This document shows positions 35,028 through 47,199 of a stretch of DNA of 64,000 nt, one piece after another. This DNA is from Azolla caroliniana (Eukaryota; Plantae; Polypodiophyta), in assembly GCA_043228905.1 (NCBI GenBank), contig JBHGNT010000011.1, positions 20,150,001-20,214,000 of the forward strand. Reading direction: 5' to 3'. A program made the position numbers and the translations under genes. Position 1 is the first letter of the stretch, and each line of letters opens with the position of its first letter. The notes below the pieces were generated by a model. That model ran no database searches and was not told the DNA's origin. It saw only the letters and a list, made by a program, of their open reading frames with translations.

Positions 35028-38000
35028 CAACATCATTGCTGCAAACATATGATTTAAGACCATTTTTGGATGTATGTCTTTTTTACCACTCATTTTACAT
35101 GTCAAACGGAAGTGTTGGGATGAAAAACGATAGACAATTTTTTTATTGCCGATGACTCAAGGGGTTGGCATGGGCAATACATCCACATGAAAACATTATC
35201 CCATCATTAATTAATCCCAAGTTGTACTAACGAATGAAGCTCCTATTGTTGAATAATCAAAAGGTGGGTATATATAATTAACCAATGGACCATTAGTAAG
35301 TTGAGGTTAATTATGTAGATGAAAGGTCAACAATTAATCAAACATTATATGCACTTGGGAACTATTGATTAATTTAATAGTAAGAAAACAATTGCTTAAG
35401 CCTTGTACCATTTGTTGTTGTTTTAGCTCCACAGATACTGCAAAATAAGGAAATTGATAACAAGACATGAGAATATACTTGGAGTGAAGAGTGCTAAGAG
35501 TGATAGAGTATCGTAGAAGAGAGGGTATCTACTTAAGTTGTAGTAGATCTTGAGAAGCTAATGCAATTAACTTGAGTAAGAGGATTTCTATATACACTAA
35601 GGCAATTAGTCATGGCAATAAACTATATATCAAAATAAAGTAGGCTTAGTATATGTATACATGGAGGGTGAAACAACAACACCCCTCGGGCCTAAGAACT
35701 ACTGCATAGCCTTAACGTATGCATCTCCTTTACATTCACCTATTCCCAAGGACGAACTAATTAAGCCCACTCATCATCTAAGCTTGAGCAATAAAGTTAT
35801 AGACTCACCTCCACAACTACTTAATACTCTATTCAAATGTATTAAATGTAGTCTTGAGGGTGGTGTGAGATTAACATGTGGTTAGAGGGAGAATCTAACA
35901 TATAGTTAGTGATCACAATACTTGTTATTTCAAGAATTCCTCATGTTAATGATGAGGCTATGTGTTTTGCCACAACTTTATCTAATGAGAAAATCAGAGA
36001 TAATGTGACAATTTATGTGGTGATGATCCACACATTAAGGAAACCCACTCTGCCCACATCAAAGTGATAGAGGATAATTCACTCCGCATGATAGTGGCAC
36101 ACTTTATTTAGACTTAGTTAATTGATGGATCTTTGGCATTCACTATCTCCACCCCTGATGAACATTCCTACTCTTGCCAATTCTTATAGGCTCGGGACAC
36201 TCTTAAAAAGGGGGCAATTTCTTGATGATGGTTCAAACATTGAATTGTTAATTAGTAAAACAAACTATAAGGTCATGTGTGGAGGTGATGCTATAAAAGG
36301 TTATGTTTGAGAGGTGAATCTACACTTACTTTTTTCATGATCTTACAATATAGAAGTAAAGGTTGCATCCTATATCAGTTAATCGTATTAATAAAACAAA
36401 CACGCAATACCATCAATGCTGATAAATTAATTAATACCAAACTTCGATTTATTGTTGTTAAAACTTCGTCATGAAAAGTGAAGTTGATGAGGTAAACAAC
36501 TCAAAATTTCCGAGATTAGGAATTCGTAAATTAAGTTTGTAAGACAAAGGACATTTTGTTTCATTGGTAGTTGGTAGTTGAAGATAAGTATGAAATTGAT
36601 GGACTCTACAAAGTATAAGGGAGTGTTCAATATTTATTATGAAGCTAGCATCCAAGCAAGCTTGCACTAAAGGTCATAAAGAAGAACACCATACATTACC
36701 TAGGAGCCGAGCTGAAAACATTTTGGTGACAATAAAATCAATGTGCTTTTACTACAAAACCAGACAAGTCATTTTCGTAATAAGATATGTAGAGGTGTCA
36801 ACACCATACCATCAATTCAAATTCTTTTGACTAGTGTGGTTAATTTTCCACTGCCTTTTCTTTTAACCTTTTCATATGTATATGTGAGCTCTCTATAAGC
36901 ACAAACATGCACACACATATGTGTATGTGCACACGTGTCTTTTAAGTGTCGACATGATGTGTCTTTCACCAATTAAAATTTTGGTTTCTGTGTATTTGTT
37001 TGTGCAATCTTCATGTGCTCCCAATGTGGTGAGCTCTTACGTGTTTTCTTTTGGGGCCCTTTACTTGTCATGGTTTGGTATTTCAAGAATGTACAAACGT
37101 TAGTAGATACACATACATCATCACTTTCGTTGCATTTTAACTAAAAATAGAGTGAAGGTGTTGTTTTCTTCTAGTTGATCATGACCAAGTAACAACATAC
37201 GAGACACTTATGAGATAAAATTTGTAGACTTGGATAGCCATTTGTACTTGTAATGTGAGTGCACTTGATGAGAGTTTTTGGGCAAAGGCTTTGTAGGAAT
37301 GAAAAGTTTCCATTTCAAATAAATGCAAGTGCTGGCAATTGTGATTAAAATTTTGAGATGTTGTTATGTATACATTTCCATAAGAATTTAAAGCCAAGGG
37401 TCTTTACACATAGCAATTAGATAACAAAATTCCTGATACAACTTAAGGCATTGTATAAGAGGTGCATGACAATATTACTCTTTTTAGATTGCAAATATGA
37501 GCACAATAACTTATGACCATCCATAATAAGTTGCTGCTTACTATACAGGAATTTCATGGAAAATAGAGAGATGGCCGATGTGGAAATATTTTGAAGAACA
37601 TTTATTTGTTTTTAGTTTATACAACGATGAGCGAAGATGGTGGCGGAGGCAAAGCAAATTTTCATGAGGGTTTGAGGAGATTGGATTGAGTAGAGAACCG
37701 GTATTTTCATATGGTAGGTTCATCTGGATCATTTGGATATGATGAACTCTTACATGTAGCAGCGATCAAGGAAGCATTGTGAAAGATGATATATCACAAC
37801 ATGTTGAATACGATGGAATTGACGCTCGGGGCTTTGGCATGGCATCAACATTACTTGGTGATATGAACGTTGGTAGGGCAACAATATTACTTAGGGAGAA
37901 GTTCATCGATATTATCTTGTATCTTGCCTTTATCTTTATCTAGAAAGATTGGATGCACAATATTCATTGTAATGTTGGATTATCTTGTATCCTGCCTTTG

Positions 38001-38514
38001 GCTACTTTAATCTTAATACTAATGGAGGATAATTTTTATGGAAAAAAAAATTGTTGCTTACTAACAATTATAATGACAATATCTATACACTACGCAACTT
38101 AGTTTATGCAGTGAATGTAAGTAATGTTCATTCTTGTGATTGAATGAGATTCTTCTTGCATGTGCACATGTTGTAAATTATATCAATTTGATTTTTGCGT
38201 AAATTTTTCCAGTCGTAATCTTGTTATGACCAAAACATGCTTGAGTATGTGAATGAGTTGACCAAAAACTCAAATATATATTAGAATCTAGCACTCACTT
38301 ACCAATTTGAGGAGAGAAGGGTTACAAGACGTGACACTTGATACATGAAAAATGGTAACTGAATAGAGTCAAGGTTATGAGTCAAAATAGTATATGATAC
38401 GATTCAATCATAACTAGAAACTGGAACTCTAAGATTGTCTTCTTTTTAGCTTAGGGGTCAAGATAATGCATGGCATGACTCAATTAAGTAGGAAGTATGA
38501 AGAACTAACAACCT

Positions 38515-40319
38515 ATTGAAACTCTTTACATAAAGGTGGAGATGTAAATAACGTAAACAACTATCAAACCATCATGGTTGGCTTGATAATAACAAAACTA
38601 TTTGGATGTATAATGGAATCAAAGATAAATGCATGGGCTGAAAAAAATAGTAAGAGAGCTTATGGACAAACTGGCTTTCAAAAACACCATAGCACCATTG
38701 ATCACCTTATCAACCTTCAAGTATTAATGGAGGAAAGACGCCTTGGAAGTAAAGGTTTATATTGTTGTGTTGTAGACTTTAAGAAAGCTTTTGATATAGT
38801 ACCTCATGACCATCTTTGGAGGCGAATGGAAGAACTCAAAGTGCCAAGTGAATATATGCTTGCAATCTCCTAAATATATGAGAAGGTTATATGTTGTGTG
38901 CGTATGAGCGATAAACTTTCAGATTTTTTCGATAGCACTATTGGTGTGAAGCAAGGATGCCCACTCTCACAAACTCTATTTGGTTTATGTATTGATGAAT
39001 TGGAAGAAATGATTGCCAAGTTTGTAAAGGAAGAAGGTGTTAAAGAAGTTGCAATTGGGAATGTGGTCATTATGCTTTTGCTATATGTGGATGATGTAGT
39101 GCTTTTTGCAAATGCTTTAGAAGATGCGCAAAAGCTTATGAAGGCATTAATTTTTTTTTGCATGCATACCCAATTAAGTGTTAATAGCTCTAAAACAAAG
39201 ATTATGCTTGTGAAAAGCCGAAAAAGAGATAAGCCATGCATTATGTACAATTATAATGAGCCACTTGAATGTGTGGAAAGCTTCAAATATCTTGGCCTTG
39301 AAGTTCTCTCAAATCATAGATGGAATGAATGTGCGACACTCTGCTTAGAGGTGGGAATCGTGGAGATATTAAGTGTTGGGTCCTCAAGAAATACCTTTTC
39401 GACACTTTGGTGACACCGATGCTTCTCTATGGTGTGGAAGTATGGGGTGGTAGCATCGCTAAATCTACTTGGAAAGAGTTTGAAAATGTTCATTTTCTTA
39501 CAAAGTTTCTACAAGTTAAGAAACAAACACCATACATTCTCCTCCTCCTCGAGACGGGATCACTTCCCATTGAGATCTTGGCCATGGAAACCGTTGTTGA
39601 ATACATGCTTAAGGTTCAAAAAAGTCTCTCACATCGACTTCCTAGAATCACATGGGACGCAAGCAAAAAGATCCAAAAGATGCATAAAAGCAAAAATTTG
39701 TGTTCCGATTGGATGCAAGATATGAAAAAGTGGTTTGCTTCATGATGCATCACTAGATTCCTCTGTAAATGAGGCCTTTTTGCAATGCCAATGTATCATG
39801 ACATGGGAAAAATGTGGAGGCTCACGCTTTATACATTATACTACACATGTTACACCCTAACTACAAAACCATATTCTTCGCGGAACGGGGAAACCATACA
39901 CATTGATATATATTAGAGTCCATTCCGTTGGCTTTTATTCAAACCATTGCTCCATGCGACTTAGCTCACATGCATTGCGATGTGAGACGAGATGTTGGGG
40001 CACAAGTGATGAGAGTGGTCGACTATGCATACTTTGTCCTAAACAAGTTTGAGAGTCTGAGTATCACACTTTGATACAATGCTCTACCTTTGATCATATT
40101 TGACCATGCTTTCCACACATCTTCGACCAAGCCCGATCCTTGTACGAATTTCTCTCACAACTACAATTTGCACTCTCGATTGCAACATTCATTGGTAAAG
40201 TTCTTGAACATCGAGAGTCGCTACTCACTTTCACATGTATCACGTGAAATGTAATTTTTTTGGTCTCATAGGTCATATTTGACCTCCGAAGATGATAATA
40301 TAATCTCTCTCTCTCTCTA
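38515..40319 (+). mobile_element. Decayed 5'-truncated LINE (non-LTR RT + C-terminal CCHC), possibly RTEX-like
   Basis: Motifs KGGD..NNYQTI, GFQKHHSTIDH, VDFKKAFD, GVKQGCPLS, LLYVDD, FKYLG, LLYGVEVWG, HALRCET, C..C...ESEYHTLIQC, broken by stops and frameshifts. The 3' end has a GGTCA-TATT-TGACC hairpin and a (TC)n tail. Clade call is inference. Confidence 0.9.
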
Positions 40320-40342
40320 TTTATTTATTTATTTATCGTAAT

Positions 40343-40420
40343 TAGCTTACCCTAGTGGTAAGTCGATAACACTACAAGCATTGTGTCTTGGGTTCGAAAC
40401 CCAATTTCCTCACCTCTTTA
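40343..40420 (+). mobile_element. tRNA-derived SINE head / tRNA pseudogene
   Basis: A-box-like TAGTGGTAAG and B-box GGTTCGAAACC (40391-40401); no complete cloverleaf. Confidence 0.5.
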
Positions 40421-40454
40421 TTATATACTTCATATATATCTCTATTTCACTAGA

Positions 40455-40537
40455 TGCCACTGTGGAATGTAGGGGTTGAACCCATGACCACCTGGTCTCC
40501 ATTGGGCAACCTTACCAACTGAGCTACATCCATCTGG
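40455..40537 (-). mobile_element. tRNA-derived SINE head / tRNA pseudogene
   Basis: Minus strand reads TAGCTCAGTTGGTAAGG (A box) ... GGGTTCAACCCC (B box); acceptor and anticodon stems are degenerate. Confidence 0.55.
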
Positions 40538-40581
<44 letters not shown>

Positions 40582-41473
40582 CACAATACCTCCTTGTTTA
40601 TATTTAAGCCATCTACTTTAGTTCAAGGGATGGGCATATCCATTCTAATAATTTCTCCAATTTGTTTCCCTTACACATTAAAATATAAACACACAATTGT
40701 TTGCATAGCTTGTGATATGTTAGGAGCACCATACACAACCCACATTATAGTTGACTAATTTTGGATAATCCATTTGCCTTGATGATGAAAAAAAGTTTGC
40801 TGTTGTGTTGATCTCAACAAGGCTTGAATTGCCATCTTTCCACAAGGGAGGAAATATGCCTTCACAAAATAGATTCTCATTTATACCAAATGGGCTTATA
40901 GTGATATGAATAGGTGTGGACAAGAAGCATAAACTAGGACTTCTACAAATTTGGGAGATTTTTGCTCCTTTAGAGGTTAGAGGTAGTATCACTTCTTGAT
41001 TCTATGTGTGCATGCATAATTTGTGTGATGATTTCTTGTAGGTGCAAGTGGAGTTGATTTATCTCTCACATGCTTTCCAAACTGACAATGTTGTTAAGGC
41101 TTAGTTTTGCATATAAAAACATTTATTGTAATTGCATTTAAGAATCAATTTGTGGAAATGAATAGTGAGGCCTAGATTCACAAACAACACTAAAGCCACT
41201 TTTGATCACAATTAAGAATTGATGTTTGTATAGTGTAGGAGTAAGAATGTTGATACTTGGTATTGCAAATACTAACATTGGTTGTGGTAAAAATTATGGA
41301 TGTTATAATAATATACTTTGATGAAAAGATATAAGTTTTTTACATTTTGTTTCCAATGGGGAAACATGTCAAACAATACTTGTGATGGTTACAATAAGCC
41401 TAGGATTTGTGGAGATTGGATCATTAAACTCATGTTAAGGAGATAACAAAATACCACACCTTAAACCCTATAT

Positions 41474-44389
41474 TTAGTCAGGGGTTTGTGAGGATTCAAT
41501 CTCATGGCTTGGAGCTTCATAAGAGTCCCTACACTCACTATCAAGGAGAGTGGTAACAACATCACTCATAGAGAGGCAATTGAGTTTAATACACCTTTGG
41601 GCAAGGTCACTGAGCACACTCTTGAAGTGTTGGTCCAAGGGAGAAAGGGTTGTTTTTTGCTCATTAAATTGGTTATGGCGAGCTTGAATGATACCATCAA
41701 GGAGATGGCCATAGTAAAAGGTAGTATAAGCATCAATGGACAACAATGTGTTATGGCCACCCTCTAACAATTGAGGATGGATGCCTGCCCACTTTACAAG
41801 ATCTTTCCAAGCATCGGTTGTGTTATCAAGCAAAAGGGCAACTTTGAGTTGAGAGTTGAGAAGGATATTAGAAGGGTAAATAGGGTAGAACCCATCAATG
41901 CAATGCCCTTGTTGAGATGAATAAGAACCCAACTTGGGACTTAAAGATGATTTAGAGACATATCTAACACAAAGAGCTATGCCTAAGCCCAGTTTTTGGA
42001 TTTGTTTCCATTCAAGGTTGGCCATATACCTCATATTTAGCCACATCTCTAAAGTGCCCAATCCCATGGTTGTATTGATCCATCCACTTTTAAGCAAACC
42101 TCCATATCCATCCACAACTATAGTTGTCTCTAAAGTACTTGCGTTGGATGTGATAATTTCATCACGCCTATGCTTCCATTGAGAATTAGAACCATTTTCT
42201 TTCTTCTTCTTCTTCTTCAGATCCTTCTCTTTTTCTTTATCCTCCGTAACTTCCCGCAGCTTGGTTGCCATAGCTGACAATACCTTCATTGAAATGTTCA
42301 TATTTGAAACGCCATTGTTATCGCTGTCTTCTCCATTCATCCACAAAAATGCCTCAGAAGCTATCTGAGCATAAATCTCTTTTGGCGTGCTTGTGTAAAG
42401 TAGCTTCACATTTATGTCAATGAGTTTGAGGGTAAATGTATTGCCAAGGTTATGGAAACTAACACTAGAATCCATAATGTTGGCAAAAATAGACTCATCG
42501 GTACGTCTAGTTCCTCTCTGATTATGATCATATATTGTTGCTAATTCATTTTCCTTCAAAACTCTGTCTAATCTGCTAGGGCTATAATAAACCATGAGCT
42601 TAAGACATCGCAACAACCCACAAATGGCTGAAAACTCTGGCCGATTCTCGGGGTTGGGATCACAACAAGCTCTCACACACTCTTTCAATACAGTGGGTAT
42701 ACTTAGAGGAAGAATCAGATTGCTTACCATCTCACCATCATTCTCATCATCATTTGCAATGATACCCGAATTAGGATCGCTTAAAGATGACTTAACCGCG
42801 CCTGTACTTTTCTTGCCGGTGAGAATCTCAGTGCACAGATGACCAAAGCTTTTCACATCTTGATTGAAGTAGTAATGAGCGGAATTCGGATGTATAGAGT
42901 AGCTAGTTATGTTGTGATCGTCAGAGCCAATACCAAATAGCTTAATGCGGGTATGTAAACCGGGGGCTTCATCTGAGAGAAGAACATCATAGAACTTTTG
43001 CCGATGGCTAGGTTTGGACGGATCGGTCATTGATACTGAGGATGAACAAAGGTTCTTATGAGCAATTCCATTATGGTGGAGATACCACATGCCTCTGGCA
43101 ATTTGCAACATCATATCCAATGCTATATGGAAAGGAAAAGGAGATATGAGGTGACCTCTCTGATGATCATTAGGCAATAAACATTCACCATTAGTAGAAG
43201 CGGTACTACTAGGTTTACTGATACCATTCGTCGCCAAGCTAATAGAGCTCTTGAGATCAGATTGGGTGGACTCCATGACCAAGTAACAAATTCTAGATTT
43301 TCTGTCATTGCAATCATCATTGTCATCATCATCATCATCACCATCCAATTCAGATGACCATCCTAGTAATTGTAGTATGAAAGGATTTCTCATGACCCGG
43401 AGAAGCATGTCCGCGTGTTTTCTCAATGCCACTATCGAGGAGAAACGTTGGAGGGATACTTTAACTCCTCCGAGCGTGGCTTCAAAATGATCCATGTGAG
43501 CATTATGCTTAGTTAATCCATCACCATCATTGTCATTCTCATCAAACTTCTTCTTCAGATTCTTAATACCTACCAAGTCTTTGAAATCGATCTTCAGGAG
43601 GTCTAAGATAACCTTATCTTCTTGTTTTCCTTTACCTTGGGTGAGAATTAAGAGGTCTAGTCGCCGAGAGAGAAGGTGCTTCATCGGCCAAGAAGAGTCG
43701 ATAATGTCATCTCCAGATTGTGTTTGCATTGTAACTGAGGCCATATGTTGAAGGTCGAGGTTTTCAGCCCCAAGCTCGATGTACTGTGAAACCATGTCGT
43801 CCCAACAATGGATTTGCTCCTCTATAAGACCTGAGAGCTTTGCGTCTGAGTAACCAAGACAGAGTCGTGCGACCAGAACGAAACCTGAGAAACACCAGAA
43901 TATGTTATGGATGTGAACACAGAGTGCCTCGCCATTGCAAGAAGTAGCCATGAGGAGAAACTCGGGGTCATACTCATAATTCACATGGTGAACAAAGTAA
44001 TTCTCCGCTTTCCGGATGGAGGTTAGCAGCTCACGAAGGGCTATATGCGCACTCTTGTGAATGTGACTGATCTCTTCTTCTTCATCATCCTCATCCTTTT
44101 CATCTTCTTCTCTAGGTGTGTTGTCACTGCAAGATGCATAATTGTTGTTATAGGAGCGTTTCCTGTGAGTATAGGGGGAACAGAGCTTCCAATCGATAAT
44201 TTCTGCTCGGATCCTGGGGACCAGAGATGAAAGGAAGGAAGCTAAGACATGGCATTGCCATGGATTAATATGCTTTCTTCTCTCACGCGGCTTAATATGG
44301 TGAAGATCAGGGAGGAGAAGGAGAATAGGGCTTTCATCGAGTGTCTGAAGAAGGAGAGAGGCCCAATCCACACCACTTCTTGTGATCAT
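41474..44389 (-). CDS. Plant MLKL-like protein: HeLo/4-helix bundle + pseudokinase + second RLK/Pelle-like pseudokinase, 971 aa, intronless
   Basis: N-terminal INPWQCHVL, LRELLTSIRKAENY and VHIHNIFWCFS match recalled plant MLKL HeLo motifs. Kinase 1: CYLVME, LDMMLQIARGMWYLH, HKNL (no HRD Asp), KLFGIG, RPEFSAICGLLR. Kinase 2: LEWKQIQKLGLGIA, YPSNILLN, LAQRCI, SMSDVVTTL. Confidence 0.8.
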   Translation of the reverse strand: MITRSGVDWASLLLQTLDESPILLLLPDLHHIKPRERRKHINPWQCHVLASFLSSLVPRIRAEIIDWKLCSPYTHRKRSYNNNYASCSDNTPREEDEKDEDDEEEEISHIHKSAHIALRELLTSIRKAENYFVHHVNYEYDPEFLLMATSCNGEALCVHIHNIFWCFSGFVLVARLCLGYSDAKLSGLIEEQIHCWDDMVSQYIELGAENLDLQHMASVTMQTQSGDDIIDSSWPMKHLLSRRLDLLILTQGKGKQEDKVILDLLKIDFKDLVGIKNLKKKFDENDNDGDGLTKHNAHMDHFEATLGGVKVSLQRFSSIVALRKHADMLLRVMRNPFILQLLGWSSELDGDDDDDDNDDCNDRKSRICYLVMESTQSDLKSSISLATNGISKPSSTASTNGECLLPNDHQRGHLISPFPFHIALDMMLQIARGMWYLHHNGIAHKNLCSSSVSMTDPSKPSHRQKFYDVLLSDEAPGLHTRIKLFGIGSDDHNITSYSIHPNSAHYYFNQDVKSFGHLCTEILTGKKSTGAVKSSLSDPNSGIIANDDENDGEMVSNLILPLSIPTVLKECVRACCDPNPENRPEFSAICGLLRCLKLMVYYSPSRLDRVLKENELATIYDHNQRGTRRTDESIFANIMDSSVSFHNLGNTFTLKLIDINVKLLYTSTPKEIYAQIASEAFLWMNGEDSDNNGVSNMNISMKVLSAMATKLREVTEDKEKEKDLKKKKKKENGSNSQWKHRRDEIITSNASTLETTIVVDGYGGLLKSGWINTTMGLGTLEMWLNMRYMANLEWKQIQKLGLGIALCVRYVSKSSLSPKLGSYSSQQGHCIDGFYPIYPSNILLNSQLKVALLLDNTTDAWKDLVKWAGIHPQLLEGGHNTLLSIDAYTTFYYGHLLDGIIQARHNQFNEQKTTLSPLDQHFKSVLSDLAQRCIKLNCLSMSDVVTTLLDSECRDSYEAPSHEIESSQTPD

Positions 44390-45542
44390 GTCTGAATTTT
44401 GGTGAGCACATAAGTTTTTGCTTCTATGTCAGGGCCCAAAGAACAGAAATTTTTCCTCCTCCTCTTCTTCTTCTTCTTCTTCTTTCTTCTTCTGCACCAT
44501 ATGTTTTTGGCTTCCATATCTTTGACTACTTTTCATGCACCCTTGTGTAGAGATTGATTCATCATCATTCATCTAGTAAACAAAGGCCTTACTTAGCTTA
44601 GTTACTTGGGTCCTTCATACACATTAGCCTAGACCTCTAGGCCATCTCGTGTTGTTGGGTTGGGCTCCCATGGAACACTCGATACTTTCTACGAATGGAC
44701 ACCCAACAAATATTAGGCCAATGACATTATGTCGGTCAATAGCATCATATTATTTCCGTTGATGCTTGTTACGAGGTCCAAAAAACAATTGGTTGCAATG
44801 ATTGTAGGATAGGGCTCTAAGTGCACGAGAAGGTGAAAATCTTGTTGCCTGTGAAATTTATGGGAGGGAGATTAAGATTGTGCTCCTGACAAGGGGGTTG
44901 CCGGTGCTTACACTGACATGGATAAATACAGAATCCAACAACAACGATGATTGTTCACAAGTTCAGGTCGGTGCCAATTGTCACAATTGAGTTGGCAACA
45001 AATTGTCGACTTGGTGTTGACAACTTGTGATGGTTGTCAATGTTTGTTTTTATTCTAGGATTATATGATGAAAGCCATATTGCCTCTACATAGGGTTGAT
45101 TGCATCTCTAGCAAAATGCCCAATTCGGTTTGCATTAAGATGTGTGGACAAATGTTCTCGCAAGCATGTGCCATGTGTGAGACTTTAACTCAAACAAGCC
45201 AGGACTCTTTCATCAATTTATATATTCCAAGTTAATGGTTGTTGAGGTTTGTCAATGTATTCGTCTTCCTACTTCGGTAAGACTGGCATGTGATGAAAAG
45301 GAAGAACTTTAAGTAAACAATTAGTTGCATTTCATGTTTGTCTCTATCCTTGGCACCCAAGAATAAGCATTGTTTGCTTTCTCAAACATGTGAATCGGGC
45401 CCTCATTTGTTCTGTATTGTTCATTGGAGTTCTAAAGGGTAAGAGGATGATGGTTGCTAACCATTAAGATATTCGTCTTCTATCCATGTCTTTTCCTTCG
45501 AACACCACATAAATCCTCATCCTCTTAGCACTCCACATGTTA

Positions 45543-45822
45543 ATATATCTTTCTATCTTTCTTTCTCTCTCTCTAAATTAATTTGTTTTATTTTTATTTT
45601 TTCTTTGGATGAATGGGTAAATACCCCATTTTTGTTGTAAACCAATTGTCTCATTCATGGGCCAATTTTGACCTTAGAAGATATCTTTCTTTCTTTCTCT
45701 CTCCCTCTCTCTAAATTAATTTGTTTTGTTTTTATTTTTTCTTTCGATGAATGGGTAAATACCCCATTTTTGTTGTAAACCAATTGTCTCATGGGCCAAT
45801 TTTGGCCTTGGAAGACGTTAAT
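45543..45822. repeat. ~140-bp tandem duplication
   Basis: ctctctctaaattaatttgtttt...gatgaatgggtaaataccccatttttgttgtaaaccaattgtctcat...gggccaatttt occurs twice. Confidence 0.9.
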
Positions 45823-47199
45823 ATCTCTCTCTCTCTCATACATATGTGACTTTCACCATGTACTATAATAATAATAATAATAGATGAGTCTGAAAGTTTT
45901 TCGAGAACTAAATTTAATGCCATTGACATTTTGATTAATTTGACACACCGATATGTGAATTCTTGATATTGAATGTGAGGTAGCCTTTTGTGCGAGTATA
46001 TAGAAGATGAGTATTAGCCTACATAGAACAAAATCTCATAGTGAACATTTTGAGTAACTTGATTTTTTCAAATATTTCACCCGGTTTATTTTCACGTGTC
46101 GAAATCACCACTTACACATGCCACTATCATCTTTTTTATGTGTTTTTTCCTTCACACGATATTTGAATAAATGTGATTACCACCCAATTCTGTTCTTGAT
46201 CAATTTGTAGTGTTTTGCGAAGTCAAATCTTAACTCTGAAATTTCTCTCAAATATTTTAATATAATGCAAAATCATTTGAATTCTTCTAGGCTAATGAAT
46301 GTTGAGATCCTAAAGAGCCATATGACGTTTTTATGTAACAAATTAAATTGTTTTTTTTTCTTACTACCTCACTTTACACTACATAATTTCCAATACTTGT
46401 GATACGTTAATAATTGAAAGGTCTTGTGACACTTGTGATACAGAGAAAGTGGGAGTCATGACAAAATGGTCTAGTGTTCTAACAACATAGTCTCTTACAT
46501 AAGTGGGGCATATCTAGTAAACCAATAATTATCAGAAAGTTAACACACAATAGTAGAAAAGCAACATGCATTTGTAGTATACACTTTCTTCTTATGCGTT
46601 CTAACCTCCTATTTCTTATTGATGCAATGCCATCGTTTTTTTAGTGCTTGTGAATTTGTAAAACCAAAATTTAAGAAGTAAAACTTCAACAATAATGATA
46701 TTGAGTGAAACAATGCATTCCCACTTTTCAAGGAGCAAATTGGTAATCGTGCATGATCTCAAGCTGGAAAAGAGAAGAAATCTTACAATGACCGCAACGT
46801 TAGGTTCTAAATACTTAAAGGTTACACGTTGCAAACTCTACCATCACTCAATCATGTTTACATATTTTTATGTAAGAATTCTAGTAAGGTAAGGTCATGA
46901 ATGTTTCATATTGAGCTTTAAAATACAATCAGTTATTTAGTTGTGCAAATTCATGTTTAAACATGTTCCAACCTATTTTTATAGCTTTTGTTTAATATTG
47001 GGTGATCATGTTTCCGATTAAAGTTACAAAAATAGGTTGGTTCATTAAATTATCTCTGTCTCTCTGTCTCTCTCTAAATCCTTTTTCTCAAAACGAAACT
47101 TTATATTAACTTTACAAAATATTTTCAAATTTGGAAGTGTCGCCTAATTTTGATGATAATACAAAGTAAATTTGATTGAGTTGTTGCCTCTCCCAAAGG

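Noticed and set aside
35380-36450. LTR-like sequence with a PPT-like TTGAGGGTGGTGTGAG
   Set aside because: No paired LTR, TSD or coding motif could be defined.
44560-45540. Possible hAT transposase relic upstream of the MLKL-like gene
   Set aside because: Only a vague TWN..ERVL resemblance; too degenerate.
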